Source of the DNA: Thermoleophilia bacterium
GTDB lineage: Bacteria > Actinomycetota > Thermoleophilia > Gaiellales > Gaiellaceae
Reading direction: 5' to 3'
DNA length: 29,984 bases
NCBI GenBank assembly: GCA_014534295.1
Contig: JACVRU010000001.1
Coordinates: forward strand, 1-29,984
A program made the position numbers and the translations under genes. Under the pieces are notes generated by a model that saw nothing but the letters and a program-made list of their open reading frames with translations, was not told where the DNA came from and did not search any database. Below, piece by piece: positions 7,848 to 16,106 of this stretch (position 1 is the stretch's first letter; every line of letters begins with the position of its first letter).

Positions 7848-10598
7848 CTAGTAGTCGTCAGCAACCTCGGCGGCGACGGCCGCGCCCGCCACCCTGCCCT
7901 CCGCCACGAGACGCGTCAGCTCGGTGCGGGAGGAGACGCCGAGCTTCGCGAACACCTTGCGCAGGTGGTACTGGACCGTCTTCGGGCTCAGGAAGAGCTG
8001 CGCGCCGACCTCCGGGTTCGTCCTGCCGAGCGCGACGAGCCGCACGATCTGGAGCTCCTGAGGCGTAAGGTCGCTGCGCGTGCTGTCGTCCCGCTTCCGG
8101 GCGGTCGCGCCGGTCGCGCGCAGCTCGGCGAGCGCGCGCTCGGCCCAGAGGCGCGCTCCGAGGCTCTCGAAGGCCTCGAGCGCCTGGCGGAGCTCGTCGC
8201 GGGCCTCGGTCTTGCGACGGGCGCGCCTCAGGAACTCGCCGTAGAGGAGCCTGGTTCGCGCCGTCTCGAACGGCGAGCCGTCCCGCCCGTGCAGCTCGAG
8301 CGCCTGCTGGAACCGGCGCTCGGCCTCGGCCTCGTCCTCGGCGACGAGCGCGCCGCCGCGCGCGACAAGCGGCTCCGCCCAGCTCAGACCGCCGGACCGG
8401 CTCCAGTCGGCGAGCGTCTCGAGCGACCGGCGCGCAGCCTCGACCTTCCCCGCGCGGGCGGCGGCCTCGACGAGCAGCGGCGCCGAGAAGAGGGCGTACG
8501 GATGGTTCCGCCGCCGGTCGTCCGGGCCGCCGACGCTCGACTCGAGGATCGCCAGCGCCTCCGCCGCGCGCCCCTGGACGAGCTCGAGCTCCGCCAGCGC
8601 CCGTGCGACGCCGCCGAGGGCCACCGGCAGGCCGCGCGGCTGCGCGAGCGCGCGCGTCTCGGCCGCGAGCTTCTGCGCTCGCTCCCGGTCGCCGCGGAAG
8701 GCGGCGAGCGCGGTCAGCGTCGACAGCGCGCCCGCGGCGACGACCCGCTGGCCGGTCTCGACCGCGAGCCGGTGGCTCTCCTCGGCGTCCGCCTCCGCGC
8801 CGGCGAAGTCCCCCAACCGGCGCTCGACGCCCGCTAGGAGGTGCAGGAGGAACGCGAGCCCCCCGAACGCGCCCCGGGTCCGGGCGGCATCCACCGCGCG
8901 GCGCATGAGCTCGAACACGAGGCCCTCCTCGCCGAGGAACATCGCCGACGTCGCGGCCCAGCGAAGGATCCTGGGGTCGTCGGCAGCCCTGCCGGCGTGA
9001 GCCGAGCGTGCGAGGAGAGGCGCAGCGCCGGCGCGGTCGCCGCCAGCGATCGCGGTGAAGCCGCGCACGAGGCCGAGGACGATCTCCTCCTCGGTCGTCT
9101 CGGGAGCGCCGAACCGGTCGGCCCAGGACTCGAACTCAAGGATCGCGTCGTGGTTGCCTGCGAGGCCCGCCGCCTCCTGGGCGAGCGCCACGAGGTCGAG
9201 GGTCAAGCGGCGGTCGACGTCGAGCGCGTCCGAGGCCGCGTCGAGGAAGATGCGCATCGACTCGTCGAGCCTCCCTTCGCGCGCCGCGAGCATGCCGCGC
9301 ACGCGGGCGGCCGCGAGCGCGACGACCGGATCCTCGATCGGCTCCTCGATCTGCTCGAGCAGCACGCGGATGTGCTCCTGCCCCCCAGCCATGTGCGCCG
9401 CGTCGGCTGCCTGGACCAGCCGGCGCGTGCGGCCGGCCCGGTCCGCGGAGAGCTGAGCGGCGCGCTCGAGCGCGGCCGCCGCAGCGGCGTACCCGCTGCG
9501 GGCCGTCGCCCGGCCGGCGGACGTCTCGAGCAGCCGCGCCACCGCCTCGTCGGGCCCGATCGTCGCGGCGGCGCGGTGCCAGGCCCGCCGGTCGAGCTCG
9601 TGCTCTCCAGAGAGCACGGCGGCGAGCGCCGCATGGGCCGCGCGGCGGCGCGCGAAGGTCGCCGACCGGTACGCGACGCTGCGGACGAGGGGATGCCGGA
9701 ACGCCACGGTGTCCGCCTCGACGCGGACGAGCCCGGCGAGCTCCGCCGGCTCGAGCGCGGCCAGGCCGGCGCCGAGCGACTCGGCCGCCGCGACGACCCG
9801 CCCGAGCTCGACCGACTGGTCGGCCGCAGCGACAAGGAGGAACGTCCGCGTCAGCTCGGGGAGCCGCTCGATCGCCTCGAGGTACGCCTGCTCGACCGTC
9901 GTCGTGCCGTCCGCCCCGCGCGCGGCGGCGTCCGCGAGCTCGACGAGCGCGAGCGGGTTGCCCGCGGCGGCCTCGACGATCTCCCCCCGCCGGGCCCTGA
10001 GACCCTCGCCGTGGCGCGCCGCGACGAGCTGCTCGGCTTCCGCCCTCGCCAGGGGCGTCAGGCGAAGCTCACAGGCCCCGGGCAGTCTGGTAGCGCCCGC
10101 GTCGGAGTCGCGGGCGGCCAGGACGACGCCGACGCGCTCGGCCTGGAGCCGGCGGACCGCGAACGTGAGCGCGTCCGCAGACTCGGGATCGACCCAGTGC
10201 ACGTCGTCGACGAGCACGAGCAGCGGCCGCTCCTCGGCCGCGTCGGCGAGGAGCGTCAGCACGGCGAGCCCGACGAGGAGGCGGTCGGGCTCCGCCCGCG
10301 CGGCGAGGCCGAAGGCCGCCCTCAACGCGTCCGCCTGCGGCGCCGGGAGGTCGTCGACGCGGGCGAGCAGCGGCTGGAGGAGCTGGTGCAGCGTCGCGTA
10401 GGGCAACCTCGCCTCCGACTCGAAGCCCGCGGCCCGGAGCACCCGGAAGCGCTCGGCGCGCCGATCCGCCTCGTCGAGCAGCGCGGTCTTTCCGAGACCC
10501 GGGCCGCCGCGGACGGCTATAACGCCGCTGGCGCCGCCGGCCGCGCGCTCGAGCAGCTCGACGATCGCGGCCACCTCGGATTGCCGCCCAACCAGCAT
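7848..10598 (-). CDS. Large ATP-binding LuxR-family (LAL; AAA/STAND plus C-terminal LuxR HTH) transcriptional regulator
   Basis: LVGRQSE start, Walker A GGPGLGKT, Walker B LVLVDDVHW, AAGNPLALVEL, FRHPLVR, helical repeat region, C-terminal LTPQELQIVRLVALGRTNPEVGAQLFLSPKTVQYHLRKVFAKLGV. Confidence 0.95.
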   Translation of the reverse strand: MLVGRQSEVAAIVELLERAAGGASGVIAVRGGPGLGKTALLDEADRRAERFRVLRAAGFESEARLPYATLHQLLQPLLARVDDLPAPQADALRAAFGLAARAEPDRLLVGLAVLTLLADAAEERPLLVLVDDVHWVDPESADALTFAVRRLQAERVGVVLAARDSDAGATRLPGACELRLTPLARAEAEQLVAARHGEGLRARRGEIVEAAAGNPLALVELADAAARGADGTTTVEQAYLEAIERLPELTRTFLLVAAADQSVELGRVVAAAESLGAGLAALEPAELAGLVRVEADTVAFRHPLVRSVAYRSATFARRRAAHAALAAVLSGEHELDRRAWHRAAATIGPDEAVARLLETSAGRATARSGYAAAAAALERAAQLSADRAGRTRRLVQAADAAHMAGGQEHIRVLLEQIEEPIEDPVVALAAARVRGMLAAREGRLDESMRIFLDAASDALDVDRRLTLDLVALAQEAAGLAGNHDAILEFESWADRFGAPETTEEEIVLGLVRGFTAIAGGDRAGAAPLLARSAHAGRAADDPRILRWAATSAMFLGEEGLVFELMRRAVDAARTRGAFGGLAFLLHLLAGVERRLGDFAGAEADAEESHRLAVETGQRVVAAGALSTLTALAAFRGDRERAQKLAAETRALAQPRGLPVALGGVARALAELELVQGRAAEALAILESSVGGPDDRRRNHPYALFSAPLLVEAAARAGKVEAARRSLETLADWSRSGGLSWAEPLVARGGALVAEDEAEAERRFQQALELHGRDGSPFETARTRLLYGEFLRRARRKTEARDELRQALEAFESLGARLWAERALAELRATGATARKRDDSTRSDLTPQELQIVRLVALGRTNPEVGAQLFLSPKTVQYHLRKVFAKLGVSSRTELTRLVAEGRVAGAAVAAEVADDY

Positions 10599-10640
10599 GT
10601 GCGAATCCTCGCTCGCGCAGCGCGGCACGACAAGCCGGGA

Positions 10641-10694
10641 GGACCAGCCAGCCGGCTGATTCGAAGCCCCGCCGCGGCGGCCTAGGTTAAGCGC
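10641..10694 (+). promoter_or_regulatory. Putative activator box plus -10 element (TAGGTT) of a leaderless promoter (copy 2)
   Basis: GGACCAGCCAGCCGGCTGATTCGA, then 30 nt ending TAGGTT-AAGCGC, then ATG 10695. No SD. The TANNNT element lies 6 nt before the ATG. Confidence 0.55.
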
Positions 10695-11561
10695 ATGCAG
10701 ACGACCACGAAGCTCACTCAGGCGGCCCTCGCGGCAGCGGCGGCGGCTGCCTTGCTCGTCGGAGCAGCCCCGGCGTCCGAAGGCGCGGCCCGCGAAGGGC
10801 TGATCGCGTTCGAGCGGCGGACCGGCACCGGCGTGGCCGACATCTACGCCGTGCGCCCTGACGGGACCGGCCTCCGCCGGCTCACCCGCGACCGGCGCAG
10901 CTTCGACCCCGCGTGGTCGCCGGACGGCAGGCGGATCGCCTTTGCGAGCGACCGGGACGGCCCCTCAGGCGCCCCCGAGCTCTACATCATGAACGCGGAC
11001 GGCTCGAACGTCCGCCGGCTGACGACGAGCCCGCACGCCCCGGACGATTGGCGCGCGAGCTCGGCTCCGGCGTGGAGCCCCGACGGGAAGCGGCTCGTCT
11101 TCGTACGCCTGACGGTCCGCGGCAGCTCATCGAGCACGGACCTGTGGGAGGCGCGGGTCGACGGCTCGGGCCTCAGGCGCCTGACCGCGACGCGGGCCGC
11201 CGAAGGGTCGCCGGCGTACTCCTCGGCAGGAACGCTGTTCTTCGACCGCCGCGGAGTCGTCTACACGCTCGAGGGCTCCCCGCCCGTCGCGCGGAAGGTG
11301 GAACTCGGCACGAGCCCCGCCCTCGCCGTGGGCGGCGGGCCGCTCGCGTACGTGCGCGACGGCTTCGTCCGCGTGACGTACGGCGGTCCGGGACCCCGGG
11401 TCGCCCGTGGCAGCGACCCGGCCTGGGCGGCGGACGCCCGCCGACTCGCCTACGCAGGCTCCGACGGCCTCTTCACGATCGCCGCGGACGGCAGCCGGCG
11501 CCGTCGGGTGACGAGGACCGCGCCGCTCGTCCACGACCTCGCCCCGAGCTGGCGGCCATGA
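10695..11561 (+). CDS. Secreted PD40/TolB-like beta-propeller protein
   Basis: Ala-rich signal peptide, then repeats DPAWSPDG, APAWSPDG, SPAYSSAG, SPALAVGG, DPAWAADA, APSWRP. Confidence 0.9.
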   Translation: MQTTTKLTQAALAAAAAAALLVGAAPASEGAAREGLIAFERRTGTGVADIYAVRPDGTGLRRLTRDRRSFDPAWSPDGRRIAFASDRDGPSGAPELYIMNADGSNVRRLTTSPHAPDDWRASSAPAWSPDGKRLVFVRLTVRGSSSSTDLWEARVDGSGLRRLTATRAAEGSPAYSSAGTLFFDRRGVVYTLEGSPPVARKVELGTSPALAVGGGPLAYVRDGFVRVTYGGPGPRVARGSDPAWAADARRLAYAGSDGLFTIAADGSRRRRVTRTAPLVHDLAPSWRP

Positions 11562-11941
11562 GCGAGCTCGCGGTCCCCTACGTGCTCGACGACGGCGAAG
11601 GAGAGGTGATGCGCTGGCTCGGCGCCACTGTCACCGTCAAGGCCTCCGGGCCGAGCTTCGACCTGGCGCTCGCGATCGCTGTCGCGGGCGGAGAGCCTGC
11701 GCTCCGCTCGCACCCCGACCACGACAAGGGCCTGCTCGTGCTCGAGGGCGAGCTCACGATCGTCGCCGGCGACGAGGTGCTCGCGGCGCCTGCCGGCTCG
11801 TTCGCCTTCCTTCCGCGCGGCGTCCCGCACACGATCGCCGTCGAGTCCGGCCGCGCCCGGGTGGCCCTGATCCTCTCCCCTGCCGGCGCGATCTCGACCG
11901 ACGACGACCACCAATTCCCCCGAAAGGAGAACGCCTCATGA
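11558..11941 (+). CDS. Cupin-domain protein (metal motif looks degenerate)
   Basis: ATGA coupling at both ends. VLEGELTIVAGDE...GSFAFLPRGVPHT fits the cupin motifs. Confidence 0.75.
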   Translation: MSELAVPYVLDDGEGEVMRWLGATVTVKASGPSFDLALAIAVAGGEPALRSHPDHDKGLLVLEGELTIVAGDEVLAAPAGSFAFLPRGVPHTIAVESGRARVALILSPAGAISTDDDHQFPRKENAS

Positions 11942-12489
11942 ACGACACACGCATTCGGCTGCTCCGCCCCTCGCCCGCGCTGGTCGTCGCCTCCCTGGCG
12001 CTGCTGATCGCGCTCAGCGGGACGAGCTGGGCCGCCGTCGCGCTGCCGAGGGGGAGCGTCGGCACCCCGCAGCTGAAAGCCGGCGCCGTGACCTCCCCGA
12101 AGGTCAGGAACGGCTCCCTCCAGGCGATCGACCTCGCGCCCGCCGCACGGCAGCTCCTCAAGGGCCAGACCGGCCCGCAGGGCCCGGCCGGCCCTCGCGG
12201 CGAGCAGGGGCCGTCCGGCCTCAGGGGCCTGGAGCTCGTCACCGCGAGCTCTGCGTTCGACTCCGCCCGCGAGAAGACGGTCGTCGTCAGCTGCCCGCCC
12301 GGGAAGCGGCTCCTCGGCGGCGGCGGCGGAGCGTGGGGCCGCGCCATGATCTGGGTCACCGAGCGCGTGATACTGACCGCCAGCCAGCCACTCGACGACC
12401 ACACGTGGCTGGCGGCCGCACGCGAGCTCGATCCGACCGACGAGGACTGGTTCGTCCGCGTGACCGCCATCTGCGGATCCGTGAACTGA
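11938..12489 (+). CDS. Secreted protein with a short collagen-like (G-X-Y)8 segment
   Basis: Hydrophobic N-terminus PALVVASLALLIALSGTSWA, GQTGPQGPAGPRGEQGPSGLRGLE, C-terminal SCPPGKRLLGGG...AIC domain. Confidence 0.85.
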   Translation: MNDTRIRLLRPSPALVVASLALLIALSGTSWAAVALPRGSVGTPQLKAGAVTSPKVRNGSLQAIDLAPAARQLLKGQTGPQGPAGPRGEQGPSGLRGLELVTASSAFDSAREKTVVVSCPPGKRLLGGGGGAWGRAMIWVTERVILTASQPLDDHTWLAAARELDPTDEDWFVRVTAICGSVN

Positions 12490-12500
12490 AGGAGGGAGCG

Positions 12501-13351
12501 ATGAGGAAGCCGATCGCATCCGTCGCGGCGGTCGCGACCTCGGCGCTCCTGCTCCTCGGGCCCGCGGCCGGCTCGGCCGCGGGCACCGCGGGCCGCCCCG
12601 GCGACGTCGTCTTCGCGCGCACCGACGCCCGTACCGGCGCGAGCGACGTCTATCGGGTCGATCTCGACGGTCGCCGACCAGTCCACCAGACCGCGACTGG
12701 AGTCGACTTCAACCCCGCCTACGCGCCGGACGGGCGCCGGATCGCCTTCGCCAGCCGGCGGCGCGGCGACGCGCCCGAGATCTGGGTGATGGACGCCGCC
12801 GGCCGCAGCGTCGCCAGGGTCACGGGCAGCGCCCGCGCCGACGCGCGCGACCGGGACCGGCAGCCCGTGTGGGCGCCCGACGGGAGGTCGATCCTCTTCG
12901 TGCACGCGGACGACGGCGAGCGGTTCCGCCACGGACATCTGGCGGGTCGGCTCGCGCGACCGGCCGGGCGACGAACGTCACTCGCTCGCCCGGCGCCGAG
13001 ACCTGGCCGCCTTCGGGCCCGACGGCTCGCTGCTGTTCGTCCGGTCGCGCGCCATCACCGGGGCTTCGCCGCCGACCGGAAGCATTCGTCCGTCGCGGCA
13101 CGCAGCCGCACCTCGGTCCTGACACGGCTAGCTCGCCTTCGTCGAGGCGCGGCAGATATTCCTGACGCTCGGCCAGCGGGCCACGAAGGTCGCCGACGGC
13201 GCGTCCCCACGCTTGGACCGGCGACGGACCCCGCCTCGTGTACACGGCACCCGACGGCCTGCGCGTCGTCTCGGTCCCTGGTGGCGAGAGCCTCCGTGTC
13301 CCGCGGGCGGCCGGTTCGATCCGGGACGGCGCGCCAACCGTCCGGCCGCAG
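12501..13351 (+). pseudogene. Decayed paralog of the 10695..11561 PD40 protein
   Basis: SD GAAGGAGG and ATG, signal peptide, intact NPAYAPDG and QPVWAPDG repeats, then collinear fragments in shifting frames (SATDIWRV / VTRSPGAETWP / AFGPDGSLLFVR / GTQPHLGPD / *LAFVEAR / AWTGDGPRLVYTAPDGL...PTVRP). TAG at 13129-13131. Confidence 0.8.
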
Positions 13352-13397
13352 GCGGCGAGCCGCCGACCGCGGCCGAGACGCGGCACAATGTCAGGGA

Positions 13398-13469
13398 GCC
13401 CCCGTAGCTCAGTGGATAGAGCAGCGGTTTCCTAAACCGCGTGCGCTGGTTCGATTCCGGCCGGGGGCA
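13398..13469 (+). tRNA. tRNA-Arg (anticodon CCT)
   Basis: Acceptor GCCCCCG/CGGGGGC, D-arm GCTC-AGTGGATA-GAGC, anticodon arm GCGGT-TTCCTAA-ACCGC, T-arm GCTGG-TTCGATT-CCGGC. CCA not fully encoded (A-CCT). Possible -10 CACAAT at 13384-13389. Confidence 0.97.
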
Positions 13470-13485
13470 CCTCTCGCGGACGCGG

Positions 13486-13845
13486 TTACCGTGACGGGGC
13501 GCCGCGCGGGTCGTCCTCGACGAACTCCTCGACCTCCGGCAGCTTGTCGACGACGACGTAGCGCTCGTGCCGCTCCACGACTCGCTCGACGTCCGGGTGC
13601 TCGTGGCCCGCAAGGACGGCGAAGCGGTCGTCCTGCCGGCGGATCACGTCGTACTCCCCGAGTGTCATCTCGATGCGGCCCGTGCACGCACCTGCCACCC
13701 CGCACTCGCACACGAACTCGAAGACCTCGCTCTGCGGCGCGTCAGCCTGTCGGTTGAGCGCCGCACGGCGCTCGTTCACCTCCCGGAAGACCGCCTCGTT
13801 CGCGGCCTGACGCTCGTTCCTGCTCTGGCGGCGGGGTTCTCCCAT
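13486..13845 (-). CDS. Hypothetical protein with ANEAVFREVNE and FVCEC...C...GHE motifs
   Basis: GC-rich third positions. Motif pattern N-E-x-x-F-R-E-V-N-E / C-E-C-x5-C / PGH-like. ATG 13845 chosen; upstream starts exist. Confidence 0.8.
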   Translation of the reverse strand: MGEPRRQSRNERQAANEAVFREVNERRAALNRQADAPQSEVFEFVCECGVAGACTGRIEMTLGEYDVIRRQDDRFAVLAGHEHPDVERVVERHERYVVVDKLPEVEEFVEDDPRGAPSR

Positions 13846-14054
13846 TGGCTCAGGCTTCAACTCGGGCCGTAGCCCGTGGGTGCCGCGAGCGCTGAGTTCC
13901 TTCGCTCCAGGTCGTGACACTCAGCTCGGAGAGCGTCGCTACTTCGGCACCTTCTCCCGACGAATGCTCGAGGAACCAATTGTGACGGACGACCCGGGCG
14001 TCTGCGAGGGCCGGTCGGGCGGCCGACGCCCTCGCGCGCTCCCGAGAAGTTCAG

Positions 14055-14084
14055 TCGAGACGTGTGCGCGCGCCGTGCTACGCT
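14055..14084 (+). promoter_or_regulatory. Putative housekeeping-sigma promoter (extended -10)
   Basis: TCGAGA-18 nt-TACGCT with TG at 14076-14077, about 35 nt upstream of ATG 14120. Confidence 0.4.
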
Positions 14085-14119
14085 CGGGCTCCTCAGTTCG
14101 AGGGGTGTCGGGGAGTCTG

Positions 14120-14833
14120 ATGGGGGTCGGGGTCTCGAGTAGGGACGTGGCAAGGGGACGGCGCCGACGGGCGGCGGCGGCGGCGGCGATCGCCGGGGTC
14201 GTGTGGCTCGGTGCGCCCGTCGCCGGGGCCGAAGAGGGCGTCCCAGCGCCGGAGCCCCCGCCAGCTCCAGCTCCCGCTCCTCCGCCGCCGCCCGCGCCCG
14301 ATCCGGCGCCGCCGTCTCCGGCTCCGCCGCCGCCCCCGCCGCCTCCGCCCGCCTCGCCGCCGTCCGGGCCGACCGTGGCGCCGCCCGCAGCCTCACCCGC
14401 ACCCCGGCCGGTCGCGACGCCGACGGTTGCAACCCCGACTGCGACGAGCGTCCCTCGGCCAGCTGCCGGCCGGCAACGCTCGACGCTCGCCCGGCGTCCC
14501 GCGAAGGCGAAGGGACAGCGGCCCGCGACGCGCCCGCCGGCTGTGCCGGTCCGCCGGCTCTGGCACCGGCCGCGCGACGACTCCCCCGCCTTCCGCCAGG
14601 CGGGCACCGTCGTGCTCGGCGCCGCCCCTCGCGAGGGGGGCACCTCCGAGTCGCTCTGGGCCACAGGCGTGATCCTCCTCGCCGCCTGCGGCCTCCTGCT
14701 TCTCGCTGCGGTCGCCAGCCCGCGAGTCCTGCGTGGCGCCGTGCTCGGCCTCACCGACCGCCGCGCCGAGCTTTTCGCGGCGGCCATCAGCTTGCTGCTC
14801 GGCCTCCTCATCGCACATGCCGTCCCAGGTTAG
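14120..14833 (+). CDS. Proline-rich surface protein with N-terminal signal and two C-terminal hydrophobic segments
   Basis: SD-like GGGGAG before the ATG, RRRRAAAAAAIAGVVWLG signal, PAPEPPPAPAPAPPPPP stalk, C-terminal TM-linker-RR-TM. Confidence 0.7.
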   Translation: MGVGVSSRDVARGRRRRAAAAAAIAGVVWLGAPVAGAEEGVPAPEPPPAPAPAPPPPPAPDPAPPSPAPPPPPPPPPASPPSGPTVAPPAASPAPRPVATPTVATPTATSVPRPAAGRQRSTLARRPAKAKGQRPATRPPAVPVRRLWHRPRDDSPAFRQAGTVVLGAAPREGGTSESLWATGVILLAACGLLLLAAVASPRVLRGAVLGLTDRRAELFAAAISLLLGLLIAHAVPG

Positions 14834-14843
14834 GAGCTCTCTC

Positions 14844-16064
14844 GTGCGCCTCTCGCCCATTCTCGCCGCCGTAGCCGTTCTCGCCGCCGCCGGGGGCGCG
14901 GCCGCCGCACCCCCTGAGCTGACCCTGCCGCCGGACATGACCGTGGAGGCCGACGGGCCGGGCGGCACGATCGTCACGTTCAGCGCGACGGCGACGAACA
15001 GCGGGCGGGCCGTTTTTCCGGTTACGTGTACACCGCCTTCGGGATCGACGTTCCCGCTCGGCACGACGGAGGTCGAGTGCGCCGCGGTCTTGAGCGAGGA
15101 GGAGACGCTGACCGGGTCGTTCCACATCAGCGTTCGAGACTCGACTCCGCCGACCCTGACAGTGCCGGCCGATCTTAGCCTGACCGCGGAGACCTCACTC
15201 GGGCTCGACGGGACCGACGAGCGCATCGCAGCCTTCCTCGCCGGCGCCATTGCGACCGACGTCGTCACGATCGAGCCGCCCGTCGTACACGATGCTCCCG
15301 CGACCTTCCCTGTGGGGACCACGGCGGTCACGTTCACGGCCACCGACGCGGCGGGCAACTCGACCTCCAAGAGCGCGACGGTCGCCGTGATCGGCCCCCC
15401 GCCCCCGGGGTCGCCCCCCTCAGACCCACCCCCGCCGGGACAACCGGGCCCGCCTTCAGCGACGACGCCGCCGGATCGTGTTCCCCCTGGGAACCCGGTC
15501 GGCCTCGCCGCCCGGACGACGTCGCGCACCGCCTTCCTCAGCTGGCGCGCGCCCGCCGACCAGGATCTCGACCGATACGAGGTGCTGCGCTCGCTCGCGT
15601 CGGAGCCGCCGGCCTCGGCCTCTCGCGTCTACGCGGGTCCGGTTGCCGGCTTCACCGACCGGCGGCTCCAGAACGGCGTCCTCTATCGCTACGTCGTCGT
15701 CAGCGTCGACCGGGCCGAGAACCGCTCCGCCGGCGCGGCCATCACCGTCATGCCGAGGCGCGCGCTGCTGGTGGCTCCGCGAGACGGGGCGCGCCTCTCG
15801 GCGCCGCCCCGCCTCTTCTGGGCCAGGATCCGCGGTGCGACCTACTACAACGTGCAGCTCTTCCGGGGCCGGACGAAAGTGCTCTCGGCCTGGCCGTCGG
15901 CGAACGCGCTGCGCCTTTCGTCTCGCTGGCGATTCGAGGGGCGGCAGCTGGCGCTCGCGCCCGGGACCTACCACTGGTACGTCTGGCCGGGCTACGGACG
16001 GCGGGCCGCAGCCCGGTACGGCGAGTTGCTCGGTCCGAGCAGCTTCGTGGTCGTGAAGAGGTGA
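14844..16064 (+). CDS. Secreted HYR-domain (x2) / FN3-like protein with basic C-terminal domain
   Basis: AGGAG SD, signal peptide, two HYR-like units (PPELTLPPDMTVEA...FPLGTT; TPPTLTVPAD...FPVGTTAVTFTATDAAGN), Pro linker, FN3-like LSW...YEV...YRYVVVSVDRAEN, then YYNVQLFRG...SAWP...YHWYVWPG. Confidence 0.85.
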   Translation: MRLSPILAAVAVLAAAGGAAAAPPELTLPPDMTVEADGPGGTIVTFSATATNSGRAVFPVTCTPPSGSTFPLGTTEVECAAVLSEEETLTGSFHISVRDSTPPTLTVPADLSLTAETSLGLDGTDERIAAFLAGAIATDVVTIEPPVVHDAPATFPVGTTAVTFTATDAAGNSTSKSATVAVIGPPPPGSPPSDPPPPGQPGPPSATTPPDRVPPGNPVGLAARTTSRTAFLSWRAPADQDLDRYEVLRSLASEPPASASRVYAGPVAGFTDRRLQNGVLYRYVVVSVDRAENRSAGAAITVMPRRALLVAPRDGARLSAPPRLFWARIRGATYYNVQLFRGRTKVLSAWPSANALRLSSRWRFEGRQLALAPGTYHWYVWPGYGRRAAARYGELLGPSSFVVVKR

Positions 16065-16072
16065 CGGCCCGG

Positions 16073-16097
16073 AGGGGGCGGCTGTTCGCCGCCCCCT
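16073..16097. terminator. Probable bidirectional terminator hairpin between convergent genes
   Basis: AGGGGGCGGC-TGTTC-GCCGCCCCCT is a perfect 10-bp stem between the stops at 16064 and 16107. Confidence 0.75.
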
Positions 16098-16106
16098 GCG
16101 GCCAAG

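Noticed and set aside
12333-13757. 474-aa ORF spanning the PD40 pseudogene and the tRNA
   Set aside because: Only 12501 to about 12920 is PD40-like. The rest is out-of-frame read-through across a tRNA gene and a convergent CDS.
13880-14119. N-terminal extension of the Pro-rich ORF
   Set aside because: Non-coding-like composition, and it contains the promoter candidate and a hairpin. The signal peptide starts after 14120.
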